Positions 20,341-30,843 are shown, numbered from the stretch's first letter. The stretch: DNA of 64,000 bases from Chloroflexota bacterium (GCA_965220015.1 OZ244798.1:3298063-3362062), one strand, 5' to 3'. A program made the numbers and translations. The notes: generated from the sequence alone by a model not told the origin.

Positions 20341-21693
20341 TTAGTCAACAACCCCGCCTAAGCATTGATTTTGGTAGCTGTCACTGAGCAGGACCCACTC
20401 TCGCAGATCGTCATTGAACCACGCCCACATGAGGTTATTTATCGAACGCTCCACGCCGTTGGGGCTTCGCTTGCCGTAGCGGCCATAGCGGTCATACCAC
20501 CACGAGGCTTGCAGCCGGAAGGCGTCCACCTCCTCTTGGAGGCACTCCGCGGCGGTAGCTGCCGGCCGACCACCTCTAAACCGATGTGATTCAACGTGAT
20601 ACGTCTCGTGAATGAGCACCACGGCCAGCACCTGCCGGCTGTACCCTCTCAGGGAATTGCTTACGGTAATGCGGTTGCGCGAGGGAGAGTAGCTGCCCCA
20701 GCCGTTCACACGTCCAAATGCCACCTCAGTGCCGGCTTCAACGACCACGTCTACCGCTGCCTGGCCGAGCTCGGACTGACCCTGCATTGCCGTTACATAT
20801 GCCCGTGCTAGATCAGGATCGATATACGGCCCCGCTCCAACCTCGTTGCATTCATCCCTCCAGTAGGAGTCCATCCAGACGTGCTTTATGTTTCCAACGT
20901 TAAGCCAAGCCGCAGCGTTGTTGGCGCTTTGCTCCAATTGAGTAGGATTCCGCTTGCCGTTCGCGCCGAACGCCTCTAGCCAATACTGGGATCTAAAACC
21001 CTCTCTGATGCCCTCTCTAATCATGCAGGCTTCCCAGGATGGCGCAGGTCCATCCTCAACCTCAAGCATTAATGCAATCGTCGGCCAAATCAGTGCATAG
21101 GCGAGCGCCTCATAGCTCTCATAGCGATATCCTTCACTGATGGTAATGCGGCGCGGCGAAGTTTCATATTGGGACCCGAAATCTCCAATGTGTCCAAAGA
21201 CTGCGCTCATCCCCAATTGCACGAACTTATCCGCGACTTTATTTCCGGTCGGCGTATTGCGCATTATGTGGAATGCATGGGCAAGTGTTGGGTCTGTGGT
21301 TGGCTGTGGAACAGCGGTAGGAGCCGGTGCAGGAGCCGGACCCGGAGTTGGAGGCGGCGTGTGAATGTGGTCGGCCTCCCATTCGAAGCGCTCGGTGTTG
21401 AGGCGCTGGACGAGACCGTTGGGGCCGTTGATCCAGGTGCGATAGCCGTCGGTGAAGGCCGTCCAATTGTCGGCCTTGCGCCAGGCCATGAGACCGCCGG
21501 TCGTTTGTTGATTGCTGTCGCCGATCTCATTGTAGTGTTCGTTTTCCAAGCATTCGCCCACGATGTCGTGTCCAATAAGGTCGCGGAGCGTCTTGAAGCC
21601 TAGGCGAAATTCGCAGTCTGCCGCATGCAAGGTTCCTACACTCAGAATCATAAGTACGAAGCCCAGCGTGATACCCGCTAATATCCGTCCCAC
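20341..21693 (-). CDS. secreted hypothetical protein with HExxH motif (possible zincin-like domain) and Pro-rich linker
   Basis: Signal peptide MGRILAGITLGFVLMILSVGTLHA, PTPGPAPAPAP linker, LIHETYHVESH (HExxH). No confident family. Confidence 0.45.
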   Translation of the reverse strand: MGRILAGITLGFVLMILSVGTLHAADCEFRLGFKTLRDLIGHDIVGECLENEHYNEIGDSNQQTTGGLMAWRKADNWTAFTDGYRTWINGPNGLVQRLNTERFEWEADHIHTPPPTPGPAPAPAPTAVPQPTTDPTLAHAFHIMRNTPTGNKVADKFVQLGMSAVFGHIGDFGSQYETSPRRITISEGYRYESYEALAYALIWPTIALMLEVEDGPAPSWEACMIREGIREGFRSQYWLEAFGANGKRNPTQLEQSANNAAAWLNVGNIKHVWMDSYWRDECNEVGAGPYIDPDLARAYVTAMQGQSELGQAAVDVVVEAGTEVAFGRVNGWGSYSPSRNRITVSNSLRGYSRQVLAVVLIHETYHVESHRFRGGRPAATAAECLQEEVDAFRLQASWWYDRYGRYGKRSPNGVERSINNLMWAWFNDDLREWVLLSDSYQNQCLGGVVD

Positions 21694-22190
21694 TTTTCCT
21701 CACTCCCCACTACTCACAGCCAACGAGTTTGACTCAATGTAATTCTTCGGTGATTGCTTGTGAGATTCGCTCTATCCAATAGTCCATATCATATACTAGA
21801 GTGATAGTTCCCATATCTGAGAAACTGCCTTCAGTTAAGACACAGTCACAGAGCCCGCGCGAAGTCGCGCGGGCTCTTCATTTGGATCCTCTAAATTTTG
21901 TAGCAGTGAACTACCTATGCCGTTGCCATCGCCGGCAAATTCGGGCCCAATTCATAGTTCCCCATTAATTCGCGCTGGGCGTTCTGCTACTTCGCCCATC
22001 CACAAGAAGCTCTCTCTTAAATTGCTGGGAGCCCTTTGCTGGCTTGCACAGAGTGGGCGCCATTAGATGGAAGCCTGCGCCAACAGATGGAAGCCTGTGA
22101 GACTTACCAATTATGGCGCCTTCACCAAATTAATGTGATACAATTGGACCATAAACACACTTGGAAGAGTGACATTTGAGAGAATGGCAA

Positions 22191-22433
22191 ATGGCGACGG
22201 CTGAGGAACGGTTGGCCCGTATCGAGGGTGGCTATGAGCACATGGCCACGAAGGCCGATATTGCCGCGACTAAGGCCGATATTGCCGAAACCAAAGCCGC
22301 AATTGCGGTTCTTGCCGAGAAACTGGAAGCAGTGGGCGGCGAACTGCGCCTGCACAGGTGGGCGCTTGGGATCGTAATCCTTGCCCAACTTGCTATTCTC
22401 GGCCGAGTTTTCGAGATATTACCCCCCGGCTAG
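22191..22433 (+). CDS. small coiled-coil protein with C-terminal TM helix (DUF1640-like)
   Basis: Repeated ATKADIA heptad-like motif (RIEGGYEHMATKADIAATKADIAETKAAIA) followed by the hydrophobic segment WALGIVILAQLAILG. AT-rich surroundings. Paralog of 55385..55597. Confidence 0.45.
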   Translation: MATAEERLARIEGGYEHMATKADIAATKADIAETKAAIAVLAEKLEAVGGELRLHRWALGIVILAQLAILGRVFEILPPG

Positions 22434-22573
22434 ATTGCCCAATCAGGCATAGTGCCGGTTTAATACCCCATTCTGCTAGTCTCCGCCTAGTTTGAAATGT
22501 AAGGCGCCAGTGCATCGTTTTACGGCACTAGCGCCTTTCTGCGTTCCCTATTCTCAGTGTCGTCGCGTCTCGC

Positions 22574-23500
22574 TTACGCCGTTACCATCACCGAAAGATT
22601 CGGGTCCAACTCGTAGGTACTTAGCAATTCGCGAAGCGTGTGGGCGAATTCGTCGGGGACCGGGATCAGGGGCAGGCGGTGGCCGCCGGCGTTGAAGCCG
22701 GAGAGGTTGAGGCAGGCCTTGATGGCGGCGGGGCTGGCGACCGGTGAGATGGGCGGGAAGATGGACGTGAACAGCGGCATCAGTTGCTGGTGCAGCGCAC
22801 CGGCTGTCGGAATATCGGAAGCCAACGTGGCGTTGATCATCTTCTTGATCTGCAGGCCGATCACGTGGCTGGCCACGCTGATGATGCCGTAGCCGCCCAT
22901 GCACATAATGTGGTAGGTATCGGAATCGTTGCCGCTCCACACGCGGAAATCGTCGGGCGTCAGGCGCAGCACATCCGAAATCTGGCCCAGGTCGCCGGAG
23001 GCCTCTTTCACGCCGACGATGTTGTCCACTTCAGCAAGCCGCGCCGTGGTTGTCGCGTCCATATTGCGCACCGTGCGGGTGGGCACGTTGTACACGATAC
23101 ACGACAGCGAGGAGCTATCGGCAATCGTCTTGAAGTGCTGGTAGAGGCCCTCTTGAGGTGGATTATTGTAGTACGGCACCACGAGCAGCAAGCCGTCGAC
23201 GCCGAGAGCTTCGGCCTCGCGCGAGAACGCCACACTCTCGCCGGTGTTGTAGTTGCCGGTGCCCGCGATCACGGGCACGCGTCCGTCAGACGCCTGCATG
23301 ACGGTGCGGTAGCACTCCAGCTTCTCTTCATGAGAGAGCGTCGGCGATTCGCCGGTGGTGCCGGTGACGAGCAGCGCGTCCGAGCCGCCCTCGATAAGTT
23401 GCCGGGCCAAGTTGCCGAGTTGGTCGTAGTTCACCGCGCCATCGCGAGCAAAGGGCGTGACCATCGCCGTAATGAGTCTCCCAAGCTCTTTGCCTGCCAT
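22574..23500 (-). CDS. dapA: 4-hydroxy-tetrahydrodipicolinate synthase
   Basis: MVTPF...GTTGE...active-site Lys region VKEASGD. Start at 23500 after an aaggag RBS. Confidence 0.8.
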   Translation of the reverse strand: MAGKELGRLITAMVTPFARDGAVNYDQLGNLARQLIEGGSDALLVTGTTGESPTLSHEEKLECYRTVMQASDGRVPVIAGTGNYNTGESVAFSREAEALGVDGLLLVVPYYNNPPQEGLYQHFKTIADSSSLSCIVYNVPTRTVRNMDATTTARLAEVDNIVGVKEASGDLGQISDVLRLTPDDFRVWSGNDSDTYHIMCMGGYGIISVASHVIGLQIKKMINATLASDIPTAGALHQQLMPLFTSIFPPISPVASPAAIKACLNLSGFNAGGHRLPLIPVPDEFAHTLRELLSTYELDPNLSVMVTA

Positions 23501-23697
23501 GTGTGCGCTCCTTCTCATTCTCAGTAAGCAGTATTTCCTAAGCGGTCATTTGCCTCAGTGTACCGTACACTAGGCGCATTGTCACACGCTTCGGCAACGC
23601 AAATTGCGTTCCCTGCCAGTGGGACGGAGACAGAGCGGGGAAACCCATGCAGGGTTCAGGCCTGTGCGCGGTAAGTGAAGTGGCTGGACTTTATTTC

Positions 23698-23765
23698 GTC
23701 ACTCCGGCGGAATCCGTAGTCCAGGACTCAGAGAAGATGGATTCCCGCTTTCGCGGGAATGACGG
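23698..23765. repeat. REP family-C element (two-hairpin: gtcactccggcg..ccggag + gattcccgctttcgcgggaatgacgg)
   Basis: Near-identical copies at 34723-34792, 62961-62993 and, inverted, at 12461-12515 and 50662-50715. Degenerate copy at 55746-55775. Confidence 0.7.
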
Positions 23766-23867
23766 TGACGAGAATACTCTCTTCCTTGGCAGAGTGAGCA
23801 GACAGCGAAATCTGTCAAGGAATTAGTCAACGCTTACAAGTAGAGGCGGCCGCCCCTGCAGGCAGCC

Positions 23868-24935
23868 CTATTCAGCGCTCCTGCTTGCCGACGGTACGAC
23901 CGCGCCGTGCAGGAGGTCACGCCCGATGAGAATCTCGGCGATGCGCACGGCATTAGTGGCCGCGCCGCAGCGGAGATTGTCGGCCACCACCCACATGGCG
24001 ACGCCGTTCTCGTGGGAGACGTCGCTGCGGATGCGGCCGATGAGTACGTCATCGGTACCGGCCGCATCGGTGGCGACCGGGTAGAGCCCCTGGCTGGGAT
24101 CGTCCACGATGCGCACGTCCGGCGCGCCCGTCAGCGCCTCACGGACCGCAGCGGCGGTCATGGGACGGGAGAGTTCCATATGTACGGCCTCGGAGTGGCC
24201 GACAGCCACCGGTACCCGCACCGCGGTACACGTAATCATCATCTCCGGCGCGTGCATGATCTTACGGGTCTCGTGGATGATTTTCCATTCTTCCTTCGTG
24301 TAACCGTCGTCAAGGAAGGAGTCGACTTCCGGCAGCACGTTGCCGAGGATCTCGTGGCGAAAGATTTGGCGGGGCAGCGCCTCACCATTGCCCGCGGCTC
24401 TCGCCTTGATTTGATCGTCCAACTCCACCATCGCATCACGGCCCCAACCGGAAACGGCCTGGTAGGTATCCACCACCATACGCAAGATGGGATTGATCTG
24501 ATGAATGGGGTTGATTGCCAGCACTAGTTGTATCGTGGAGCAATTCGGGCCCGCGATGATGCCATTGTGCTGAAGTAGATCGTCATCGTTTACGCCCGCG
24601 ATGACCAAAGGCACGTCTGGATCCATCCGAAACGCTGAGGAATCATCGACAACTGCCACGCCCGCGCGGGCAGCGATGGGCGAAAAGTGACGGTTGGCGC
24701 CGGTCGCAGCGGAAGCAAAGAGAATATCCAAGCCGTCGAAGGAGTCCGCCGTGGTCTCTTCAACGGGATACCCTTGGCCGGCAAAGTCCACCAACTTGCC
24801 CTTTGAGTTCGCTGAAGCGAAGAGGCGCAGGTCTTTCAACGGAAATGCGCGCTCTTCAAGAATATCGAGCAGAAGACGCCCCACCATGCCGGTGGCGCCC
24901 AGAACACCTACGTTGTACCCGCCGCTCTTTGCCAT
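23868..24935 (-). CDS. asd: aspartate-semialdehyde dehydrogenase
   Basis: N-terminal GATGMVG Rossmann motif, active-site Cys region GPNCSTIQL, His region. 355 aa. Confidence 0.85.
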   Translation of the reverse strand: MAKSGGYNVGVLGATGMVGRLLLDILEERAFPLKDLRLFASANSKGKLVDFAGQGYPVEETTADSFDGLDILFASAATGANRHFSPIAARAGVAVVDDSSAFRMDPDVPLVIAGVNDDDLLQHNGIIAGPNCSTIQLVLAINPIHQINPILRMVVDTYQAVSGWGRDAMVELDDQIKARAAGNGEALPRQIFRHEILGNVLPEVDSFLDDGYTKEEWKIIHETRKIMHAPEMMITCTAVRVPVAVGHSEAVHMELSRPMTAAAVREALTGAPDVRIVDDPSQGLYPVATDAAGTDDVLIGRIRSDVSHENGVAMWVVADNLRCGAATNAVRIAEILIGRDLLHGAVVPSASRSAE

Positions 24936-25176
24936 GCCTTTATCCCTAGCCTAACTAGCCGTTGCTCGTGACCGCCCAATTTGAGCGTACTCTAACTATC
25001 ATACCAATACCGGTAGCAACTCGGTCAATTAAGCGCGACATTGCTTAGAAGTAGCGCTGGTTCCAAAGGCGAAGACACGCTTGGACGAACATTATCAGAG
25101 CGCGTAAACGCCTGCGAGTAGTGCCCAGCTTCCTTGAAGCGAACAGATGAGCAGGGCAGTGGACAGCTCCGTGGCG

Positions 25177-25785
25177 CTAGTTGCGTTTTGGCGGGAGCAG
25201 GTCCTTGACCGAAATAGCGCAATCGGGGAACTGGGCGGGATTGACAGAGTCTTGTGCAGAAAAGCGCAAGTGCTGGTGATAGTACGGCGCGCCTTCGTCC
25301 GGACTTGTCGGTTCCCGATACACTTCGATGAGGTTGTCGCGAAGATTGACGATCCAATACTCAACAATCCCGGCCGCCGCGTAGAGCGGGATCTTCACGT
25401 GTCGATCCTCCTCCAAGCTGGAAGCGGCAACTTCTACCACCAAGAATACCTCCGCGGCCACGGGATGACGCTCACTGTAAGTGTCCTCCCGTCTCTTGGC
25501 GAGCACGAGGTCGGGTTCCGGCTCGGAGTTGCTGTCGGTCAGCCAGATAGGATGTTTAACGCGCACTTGGACGCGGTCGCCAAGGGCAGCGTAGAAGAAG
25601 TCGAGCAGCCGGTCGATCGCTGCCGTGTGGCGAGGACCCTCAGGACTCATCTGATGCAAGACTCCTTGGATTAGCTCCACACGCTCATCTGCACGGAAGA
25701 ACCCTTGTTCGATCATCCAGTGGTACTCCGCCAATTTCAATCTGCGGACGTCCAGCCGGAGAGGCGCGCCGGCTTGTACGGCCAT
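25177..25785 (-). CDS. Uma2 family (DUF820) putative restriction-endonuclease-like protein
   Basis: Uma2 hallmarks YHWMIE...ELIQGVL...PEPDLVL...VVEVA.S....D...K...Y...GI.EYW. Confidence 0.75.
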   Translation of the reverse strand: MAVQAGAPLRLDVRRLKLAEYHWMIEQGFFRADERVELIQGVLHQMSPEGPRHTAAIDRLLDFFYAALGDRVQVRVKHPIWLTDSNSEPEPDLVLAKRREDTYSERHPVAAEVFLVVEVAASSLEEDRHVKIPLYAAAGIVEYWIVNLRDNLIEVYREPTSPDEGAPYYHQHLRFSAQDSVNPAQFPDCAISVKDLLPPKRN

Positions 25786-25788
25786 GGC

Positions 25789-26415
25789 TCAGTCCTTCCC
25801 CGGCTGCGCGCCGGCTGCCGGGAGCAACTGCGCTACGGCGAGTGTACATGCGGGAAGGGCAAGAGGAGCCACCACGTCTTCCGCGCCGTAGACAGTATGT
25901 TGCCGATACTCCGCGACTTCCGCCGTAGGGCCAGACGGTTCACGATACACTTCTATGCGGTCCTCACGCAGATTCACGAGCCAATACTCGACAATCCCGG
26001 CCGCCGCGTAGAGCGGAACTTTGACGCGCCGATCGTACTCCACGCTTGAATGCGCAATTTCCACCACTAGGAGCACATCCGCGGGGTACGGGTGGTGATC
26101 AAGATAGCCGCTTTCGCGGGGCGCCGCCAGCACCAAGTCAGGTTCCGGCTCTGAGTTGCTTTCGAGCAGCGTGATGGGGTCCTGTGCGCGTATCCAGGCC
26201 CTATCGCCAATCATGGCAGGCAATAGACGCAGCAATTTGGTGAGGCACGCGGCATGGCGCAATCCTTTGGGGCTCATCTGATACAGGACTCCTTGGATGA
26301 GCTCCACGCGCTCGTCTTCATGGAAGAATCCATGCTCGATCAGCCAGTGGTACTCTTCGAGACTAAAGGGCCGTAACGTGATCTGGTCGACGGCTGGTTT
26401 TACAAGCGTCGCCAC
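25789..26415 (-). CDS. Uma2 family (DUF820) putative endonuclease, tandem paralog
   Basis: Same motif set (EYHWLIE, ELIQGVLYQMSP, PEPDLVL, EYWLVNL). Separated by 3 bp from the paralog. Confidence 0.75.
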   Translation of the reverse strand: MATLVKPAVDQITLRPFSLEEYHWLIEHGFFHEDERVELIQGVLYQMSPKGLRHAACLTKLLRLLPAMIGDRAWIRAQDPITLLESNSEPEPDLVLAAPRESGYLDHHPYPADVLLVVEIAHSSVEYDRRVKVPLYAAAGIVEYWLVNLREDRIEVYREPSGPTAEVAEYRQHTVYGAEDVVAPLALPACTLAVAQLLPAAGAQPGKD

Positions 26416-26619
26416 GTCTGCGCTCCTCTGCGATCCTTACTGTGCGCCGGGGCCTTTATAGCAGAGCGGGAATTTCCTGCCCGGGCCGCGAGTCGGTTAC
26501 GATGCCGGTCTTGCACCGGCAGAAGCGGAGGACAAGCTCCCGCGCTGCAATTCGCTGTCAATACAACAGTAGCACAGGTTTGCAACCTGTGCTACCAAGA
26601 ATTGCGACCAAAGAAACCT

Positions 26620-27432
26620 CTACGTCAGACCCAGCAGCGCGTCCAGTCCGTGGGTGAGGCCCTTGAGCTCAGGCACCGCGCGCACGGCCAGCAGCACGCC
26701 GGGCACAAATGACTCGGTGCTGGTGGAGTCCTGGCGGATAGTGAGGGTCTGCCCCAATCCGCCAAACACTATCTGCTGATGGGCTACCATTCCCGGCAGC
26801 CGCACCGCGTGGACGTTGATACCGCCGTGCACGCCGCCGCGGGTGCCGACGAGCGTCTCCTTCTCCGTGGGGACGGAGATGAAGTCGCTGCCCCGCGCCT
26901 CCCGAATGTCGATGGCGCTCTGCAACGCCGTGCCGGAAGGGGCATCTATTTTGCGCTCGTGATGATACTCCACAATGTCGCAGTAGTCCATGTGCTTGCC
27001 GATGAGCTTGCTCACGTGCATCATAAGCACGGCGCTGAGCGCAAAATTCGGCGCCACCACTAGGCCAACGTCGTTGGCAGCGGCCACCTCGCCCAACTCC
27101 TGAATCTCGGAGATCTCCATGCCGGTGGTGCCGACCACCGCGTTGACACCGTGTTCGAGCGCCGTCCGCACGTTCACCCGTGCCGCGTCAGCACGGGTGA
27201 AGTCCACGATTACGTCAGGCTTAGCGCGCGCCAACAGTGCCAGCATGTCTGTGTCGGCAGCTACCGTCTGACCGGTTGTCGCAGCAAAGCCGTCTTCTGA
27301 CGCGATGATGTCCACGCCCCCGACCAGGGATAGGTCATCCGCGCGTGCCACCGCGTTTGCAACGGTCGTGCCGACACGCCCGAAGATACCGCAAACGGCA
27401 ACACGAAGTGGTTCTGCGCTGGTTGCTGCCAT
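26620..27432 (-). CDS. dapB: 4-hydroxy-tetrahydrodipicolinate reductase
   Basis: VAVCGIFGRVG N-terminus, EYHHERKIDAPSGTA core motif. 270 aa. Confidence 0.8.
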   Translation of the reverse strand: MAATSAEPLRVAVCGIFGRVGTTVANAVARADDLSLVGGVDIIASEDGFAATTGQTVAADTDMLALLARAKPDVIVDFTRADAARVNVRTALEHGVNAVVGTTGMEISEIQELGEVAAANDVGLVVAPNFALSAVLMMHVSKLIGKHMDYCDIVEYHHERKIDAPSGTALQSAIDIREARGSDFISVPTEKETLVGTRGGVHGGINVHAVRLPGMVAHQQIVFGGLGQTLTIRQDSTSTESFVPGVLLAVRAVPELKGLTHGLDALLGLT

Positions 27433-27438
27433 GAGCCT

Positions 27439-29775
27439 CTACCACTTTCTGCCGGAGCTTCCAGACGTGCTGTCATCGCCATCGGTCTGGGATGTTTCGC
27501 CCTCGCCGCCGCGGTCGCGGTTTTGGTCCGCTGCCGCAGGCGCGCGATCACGGTCCCGGTCCGCAGGCGCCCGCTCGCGGTCGTAGCCTCGCGGACCGCG
27601 ACCGCCTCGAGGCGGCCCACGCCGGTCGGATGAAGGCCCACGTCCTCTATCACCGCCGCCGCGTTCGCCGCGGCTCGAAGGTGCGCGCTCGGAGGGATGC
27701 GTGCCTTCCAGCACTGCGCGACGCGAGAGATTCACCCGGCCCTGGTAATCGATCTCGATCACCATGACCATGACTTCATCGCCTATGTCGGCAATGTCTT
27801 CGGCGCGTTCCACGTAGTCCTCGGCCAGTTCGCTCATGCGCACCAGGCCCTCGCGCCGCCCGTCCGGCAGGTTCACGAACACGCCGGCATTCATGATGCG
27901 CGACACCGTGCCCGTGAAGATCGCGCCGACCTCAAGCTCGGTCGTCATAGCGCGAATGGTCTCTGCAGCCTTCTCGACACCATCCTTGGACTCGCCGGTT
28001 ATGACGATGGTGCCGTCATCGGCGATATCTATCTTCGATTCGGTTTCTTCCTGAATCTTGCGGATTACCTTGCCGCCGGGGCCGATTACCTCGCCAATCT
28101 TTTCCGGATTGATCTTGACGGAGATAAGCCGCGGCGCGTAATCGGATAGTTGCGTCCTCGGCTCTGCGATAGCTTCCGTCATCACGTTCAGCACTTCCAT
28201 GCGGGCGTCGCGCGCCTGTCCCAACGCCTGCTCCATGATGGCGAAGGTAATTCCCTTTACCTTGATATCCATCTGCAGGGCAGTGACACCCTTCGCGGTA
28301 CCCGCCACCTTGAAGTCCATGTCGCCCAGGGCGTCCTCGATCCCTTGGATATCGGTAAGGATGGCGTATTCGCCCTCATCGCCTAATACCAAGCCCATCG
28401 CGATACCGCCCACCGGCGCCGCAATGGGGACCCCGGCATCCATCAGCGCCAGCGAACTGCCACAGGTCGAGGCCATGCTGGTCGAACCGTTGGAAGAGAG
28501 CACCTCGGAAACTACCCGAATGGTGTAAGGAAACTCCTCTTGCGAGGGCAGCACCTGCGCGACGGCACGCTCGGCAAGACGGCCGTGGCCGATCTCCCGT
28601 CTGCGGGGCGATCCCAGCCGTCCGGTTTCGCCGGTGCTGAAAGGCGGGAAGTTGTAGTGGTGCATGAACGGCTTAGAATCGGCGATTTCGAGTCCGTAGA
28701 GCGGCTGCGCGTCGCCGATAGAGCCAAGGGTCGTGATGCTCAGCACCTGGGTCTGTCCGCGCTGGAAGAGGCCGGTGCCATGGGTGCGCGGCAGCACGCC
28801 GACTTCGGCGGACAGCGAGCGGATTTCCGCCGACCCGCGTCCATCAGGCCGCTTGTTCTCATGCAGGATTTCGTTGCGCACGTGCGCTTTGACAGCGGAC
28901 TGCACCGCGTCTGCGACATGCTCCTCGCCATGCTCCTCGCCGAGCGCTTCCACGGTGTTGACCGTGACTTCAGCCAGTTGGGCCTCGCGCGCGGCTTTGT
29001 CCGGTTGGCCGAATGACGCCGCTACTTGCGTTGCCACGCGCTCGTGCACCTGCGCAACGAGATCGTCCGACGGGCCGTGGGGGACGTATTCGTGCTTCGT
29101 TTTGCTCACCTGACTGATGAGCTCTTCCTGCATAGCAATGGTCTCCTGCAACGCCTCGTGACCGCGCTCCAAGGCCGCAAGCATCTCCGTCTCGGGCAAT
29201 TGGCCCGCCTCGGCTTCCACCATCATCACGGCGTCGCGCGTGCCCGCGATAACCAAATCGAGGTCGCTCTCTGCGTATTGCGACATGAGCGGATTGATGA
29301 CAAACTCACCGTTGATGCGCCCCACGCGCACCGCGCCTATCGGTCCGCCAAAGGGGATATCCGAGATGCAGAGCGCCGCCGATGCGCCGACAATGCCCAG
29401 CACGTCGGTCGCATTCTCTTGATCGGCGCTGAGAATGGTGATGATGACCTGGACTTCGTTGCGGTAGTCCTTGGGGAATAGCGGCCGCAACGGGCGGTCG
29501 CAAAGCCGCGCCGCCAGCACACAATCGTCGCTGGGCCGGCCCTCGCGCCGCAAATACCCACCGGGAATCCTGCCGACGGCGTAGTACTTTTCTTCCACGT
29601 CAACGGAGAGAGGAAAGAAATCGATCCCCTCACGGGGCTTAGAGCCCGTGACCGTGACCAGCAGTATCGCGTCGCCGCAACGGATCGTTACGCTGCCGCT
29701 GGCCTGCTCGGCAAACCGCCCGGTCTCGATGCTGACCGCACGACCGGCGTGGTCTGCCTCTACTTTGTGAATCAT
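27439..29775 (-). CDS. pnp: polyribonucleotide nucleotidyltransferase (PNPase) with Arg/Gly/Asp-rich C-terminal tail
   Basis: Two RNase PH domains, KH and S1 domains. About 90-aa RGG/RD-rich low-complexity C-terminal extension. Confidence 0.9.
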   Translation of the reverse strand: MIHKVEADHAGRAVSIETGRFAEQASGSVTIRCGDAILLVTVTGSKPREGIDFFPLSVDVEEKYYAVGRIPGGYLRREGRPSDDCVLAARLCDRPLRPLFPKDYRNEVQVIITILSADQENATDVLGIVGASAALCISDIPFGGPIGAVRVGRINGEFVINPLMSQYAESDLDLVIAGTRDAVMMVEAEAGQLPETEMLAALERGHEALQETIAMQEELISQVSKTKHEYVPHGPSDDLVAQVHERVATQVAASFGQPDKAAREAQLAEVTVNTVEALGEEHGEEHVADAVQSAVKAHVRNEILHENKRPDGRGSAEIRSLSAEVGVLPRTHGTGLFQRGQTQVLSITTLGSIGDAQPLYGLEIADSKPFMHHYNFPPFSTGETGRLGSPRRREIGHGRLAERAVAQVLPSQEEFPYTIRVVSEVLSSNGSTSMASTCGSSLALMDAGVPIAAPVGGIAMGLVLGDEGEYAILTDIQGIEDALGDMDFKVAGTAKGVTALQMDIKVKGITFAIMEQALGQARDARMEVLNVMTEAIAEPRTQLSDYAPRLISVKINPEKIGEVIGPGGKVIRKIQEETESKIDIADDGTIVITGESKDGVEKAAETIRAMTTELEVGAIFTGTVSRIMNAGVFVNLPDGRREGLVRMSELAEDYVERAEDIADIGDEVMVMVIEIDYQGRVNLSRRAVLEGTHPSERAPSSRGERGGGDRGRGPSSDRRGPPRGGRGPRGYDRERAPADRDRDRAPAAADQNRDRGGEGETSQTDGDDSTSGSSGRKW

Positions 29776-29820
29776 ACGATGGATGAATCCTTCCCGCGCC
29801 CCACACTCGGCCCGCCTTGT

Positions 29821-30004
29821 GGTTAGTGACTAGCAGATGCTGTTTCTATGAAACTAAGATGCTGTTTCTATGAAACAAAGATGCCGCTTCACAAAGACTT
29901 CGCATTGCAATCAAGCCGCCTTGCGAAGTCGCCGCTTTGCGAAGTCGCCGTTTCAAGAAGCTGCTGATTAGCTGAAGCAGCATGTGCTAGTCACAAAACA
30001 CTAA
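29821..30004. repeat. MITE-like element: about 185 bp bounded by imperfect terminal inverted repeats (ggttagtgactagca ... tgctagtcacaaaacactaacc) with internal tandem direct repeats
   Basis: Internal 21-bp x2 (gatgctgtttctatgaaacta) and 17-bp x2 (gccttgcgaagtcgccg) direct repeats. Lies in a 1-kb region with no ORF of 60 aa or more, upstream of pnp. Confidence 0.5.
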
Positions 30005-30284
30005 CCCTGTCCGCTACGTGACACTTGGACAAGCTGCTCGTGACCGGCGCTTGGCGCGCAACTGAGAAAATGTATTTGAGAAGATCACGTTGTCTTCCAT
30101 ACCTCACTATAGCTGAGCGGATGATGCTAATTCAAGGATGTGGATCGTGCGACTAACCAACCAAAGGCTCGGCGCAGGCGGCAGGCGCTCACAGACAGAC
30201 TGGTGGCACTGACCTCAAGTCTAAGATCAGGCGCTCATAATCACTGTTCTCGAACCGGACGTGTGGCGCCGGCAGCCCACCACG

Positions 30285-30315
30285 GCTAGCCGCAGGTTGC
30301 AAACCTGCGCTACCG
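30285..30315. repeat. REP family-B palindrome (cgcaggttgcaaacctgcgctaccgg)
   Basis: Copies at 16723-16750(-), 26569-26597, 33727-33753, 39366-39393(-) and 55665-55691. All intergenic. Confidence 0.7.
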
Positions 30316-30843
30316 GACGTGGAGAGGAGCAACGTGCCTCGCGCGCTCGCCTCTGCAATAGCGTAGAGGCTTGTCCTCCGCAGAGAAAAGTAGTGCTCAG
30401 CAAGTAGCTATCTCGTAAATCGGCGCGATAGGCCGGCTCGTGCTAAGACAAGGGCTTCGCGCATAACTTAGCACGAACGGATTCTCACCCTTTTCGTTCG
30501 CCCCTGGATCGAGTGCGGGCAGGCTCAGAGCCTGCCAAAGGGCAAGTCTACACAGAGCCATGTATCTGTGGCACAAGTTCTAACCTGTCAAAGGCGTGCG
30601 CGAGGTGAACTCCTAGCTTCTACATCCCACACCATAGATGAAAGCGGCGTACCCATTAGCGGGCGGACATCCCCAACAGTTCGCGCTGAACTTGCCTGCT
30701 CTGAGCTTGTCCCAGGGTCGAAGCACACCCGGTTTGATCAATAAAGACGTATACTGTTGCTGTAGAATCCTGACTACCGTTACCGCTCAAAGTGCAGGCA
30801 TCCCCTAGAGACGAACCAGGCGAAAGGAGTACATTGACCCATC

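Noticed and set aside
29776-30843. rpsO, tRNA, tmRNA, RNase P or SRP RNA genes upstream of pnp
   Set aside because: No ORF of S15 size in any frame. Searched by eye for the tmRNA 3' end, the RNase P GGAAAGTCCGG box and the tRNA T-loop GGTTCGAATCC, and found none. The region is better explained by a MITE-like element and REP copies.
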